A stretch of DNA of 24,000 bases, taken from positions 404-24,403 of the forward strand of contig JBGTHJ010000042.1 of NCBI GenBank assembly GCA_041746175.1, in the 5' to 3' direction. Within the stretch, counting starts at the first letter, position 1. Each line of letters starts with the position of its first letter. Source of the DNA: Pyrinomonadaceae bacterium. GTDB lineage: Bacteria; Acidobacteriota; Blastocatellia; Pyrinomonadales; Pyrinomonadaceae. A program made the position numbers and the translations under genes. The notes under the pieces are model-generated. The model was not told the DNA's origin, ran no database searches, and saw only the letters and a program-made list of their open reading frames with translations. Shown piece by piece: positions 22,962 through 24,000 of this stretch.

Positions 22962-23692
22962 GCTGTGCCCTTCTTCGCGCTCCGGCGCGCGAGTTCATCG
23001 CGCACGGCATCGAGCGACACGCCGCGTTCAACGAGCAGCACCAACAGATGATAGATGAGGTCGGCGGCTTCGGCGGTGAGCGCGTGCGGGTCTTGGTTCT
23101 TCGCCGCGATGATCGTCTCCGCCGACTCTTCGCCGACCTTCTTCAGAATCTTGTCCAGCCCTGCATTGAAGAGATAGGTCGTATAAGAACCTTCCGGTCT
23201 TTCGCGTCGACGCATCTCGATCAATTCGTAGAGTTCCGCGAGCAACGCGCCGAGTCCGACAGTTTCCTCCGCGCCAGCATCATCATCAACATCGGATGCG
23301 TCGTTCGCGCCCGACTGACCGGCGTTTGCTTCGACACTTACTGGTGACGAGATTTCGTCCGACGCTACGGCGACCTCGTTAAAAAAACACGACGGCGCGC
23401 CCGTATGACACGCGACGCCGCCGCGCGGATTGACGAGCGCGATGAGCGCGTCTGAATCGCAATCGAGTCGCAGATCGATGACACGTTGGGTGTTGCCCGA
23501 GGTCGCGCCCTTGTGCCACAACTCCGAACGCGAGCGCGACCAGAACCACGTCTCTCCGTCTTCCAACGTGCGGCGCAGACTCTCGGCGTTCATGTAGGCG
23601 AGCATCAGCACTTGGCGCGTCTGCGCATCCTGCACGATGACCGGCACCAGCCCGCTCCCGTCAAACTTTACGTCTTCAAGCGAAACCTTCAT
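22958..23692 (-). CDS. hisIE: Bifunctional phosphoribosyl-AMP cyclohydrolase / phosphoribosyl-ATP pyrophosphatase
   Basis: HisI block [24 protein letters not shown]...[21 protein letters not shown]...[11 protein letters not shown]...[13 protein letters not shown]. HisE block [25 protein letters not shown]...[12 protein letters not shown]...[17 protein letters not shown] overlap with the hisF stop (23689-23692). Confidence 0.92.
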   Translation of the reverse strand: MKVSLEDVKFDGSGLVPVIVQDAQTRQVLMLAYMNAESLRRTLEDGETWFWSRSRSELWHKGATSGNTQRVIDLRLDCDSDALIALVNPRGGVACHTGAPSCFFNEVAVASDEISSPVSVEANAGQSGANDASDVDDDAGAEETVGLGALLAELYELIEMRRRERPEGSYTTYLFNAGLDKILKKVGEESAETIIAAKNQDPHALTAEAADLIYHLLVLLVERGVSLDAVRDELARRSAKKGTA

Positions 23693-24000
23693 CGCACCAC
23701 CACTCCCCGCCCGCGCAGATAATTTTTCACGTCCTCGATTTTGAACTGACCGAAATGAAAGAGCGACGCGGCGAGGACGGCGCTCGCCCCTCCGACGCTC
23801 AGAGCTTCATAAAAATGTTCGAGCTTCCCCGCCCCGCCCGACGCGATGACGGGGATGCGCACGGCGTCGGCGACGGCGCGCGTCAACTCCACGTCGTAGC
23901 CGTCGCGCGTGCCGTCTCTGTCCATACTGGTCAAAAGTATTTCGCCCGCGCCGAGCCGTTCGGCACGCGCCGCCCACTCGACCGCGTCCCAGCCGACGCC
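23689..24000 (-). CDS. hisF: Imidazole glycerol phosphate synthase cyclase subunit, C-terminal part (continues beyond the window)
   Basis: The frame is open to the window edge. My translation of 23935-24000 gives ...[33 protein letters not shown], followed by [13 protein letters not shown] and [11 protein letters not shown], all HisF-like. The track's Met at 23934 is internal. Confidence 0.9.
   Translation of the reverse strand, partial: GVGWDAVEWAARAERLGAGEILLTSMDRDGTRDGYDVELTRAVADAVRIPVIASGGAGKLEHFYEALSVGGASAVLAASLFHFGQFKIEDVKNYLRGRGVVVR

Overview
This is a visibly GC-rich, densely coding bacterial chromosomal segment. I saw no transposase, integrase, CRISPR array or rRNA. All family names come from motifs I recognise by eye; no search was run.

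Layout, left to right:
1. Minus-strand operon of ECF sigma factor, zf-HC2 anti-sigma factor and DUF4097 beta-repeat protein (2682 down to 44). The first two genes are coupled by an ATGA overlap.
2. Plus-strand heme operon hemE, single-domain PilZ gene, hemH, hemY (3036-7130).
3. A perfect palindrome with 33-bp arms (7143-7211), next to a separate canonical terminator.
4. A minus-strand block of four exported proteins (15465 down to 7312). The order is DUF1800 with an extra N-terminal domain, Tat-signal DUF1501, a protein with a CxxCH head, and a reprolysin-like metzincin. The last two share a paralogous tail of about 370 aa (Calx-beta plus a DUF4214-like region).
5. A DUF2892+SRPBCC protein, followed by a 53-codon hydrophilic ORF that is missing from the supplied track but has its own Shine-Dalgarno (SD) sequence and terminator.
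6. tRNA-Pro(CGG), dedA, pcm and surE.
7. A 679-aa multi-cluster radical SAM enzyme whose motif blocks resemble the MJ0619 / Tes / GDGT-MAS lipid tail-coupling family (19828-21867).
8. hisF (partial), hisIE and an IMPase-type hisN, coupled by ATGA overlaps.

The gene content is reminiscent of Acidobacteria- or Planctomycetes-type bacteria, but that is inference only.

The best leads are the Tes-like radical SAM gene, the four-gene exported cluster with its head-swapped paralogues, the PilZ gene inside the heme operon, and the 33-bp-arm palindrome. Many long ORFs in the track are antisense or out-of-frame shadows typical of high-GC3 genomes, and I rejected them.
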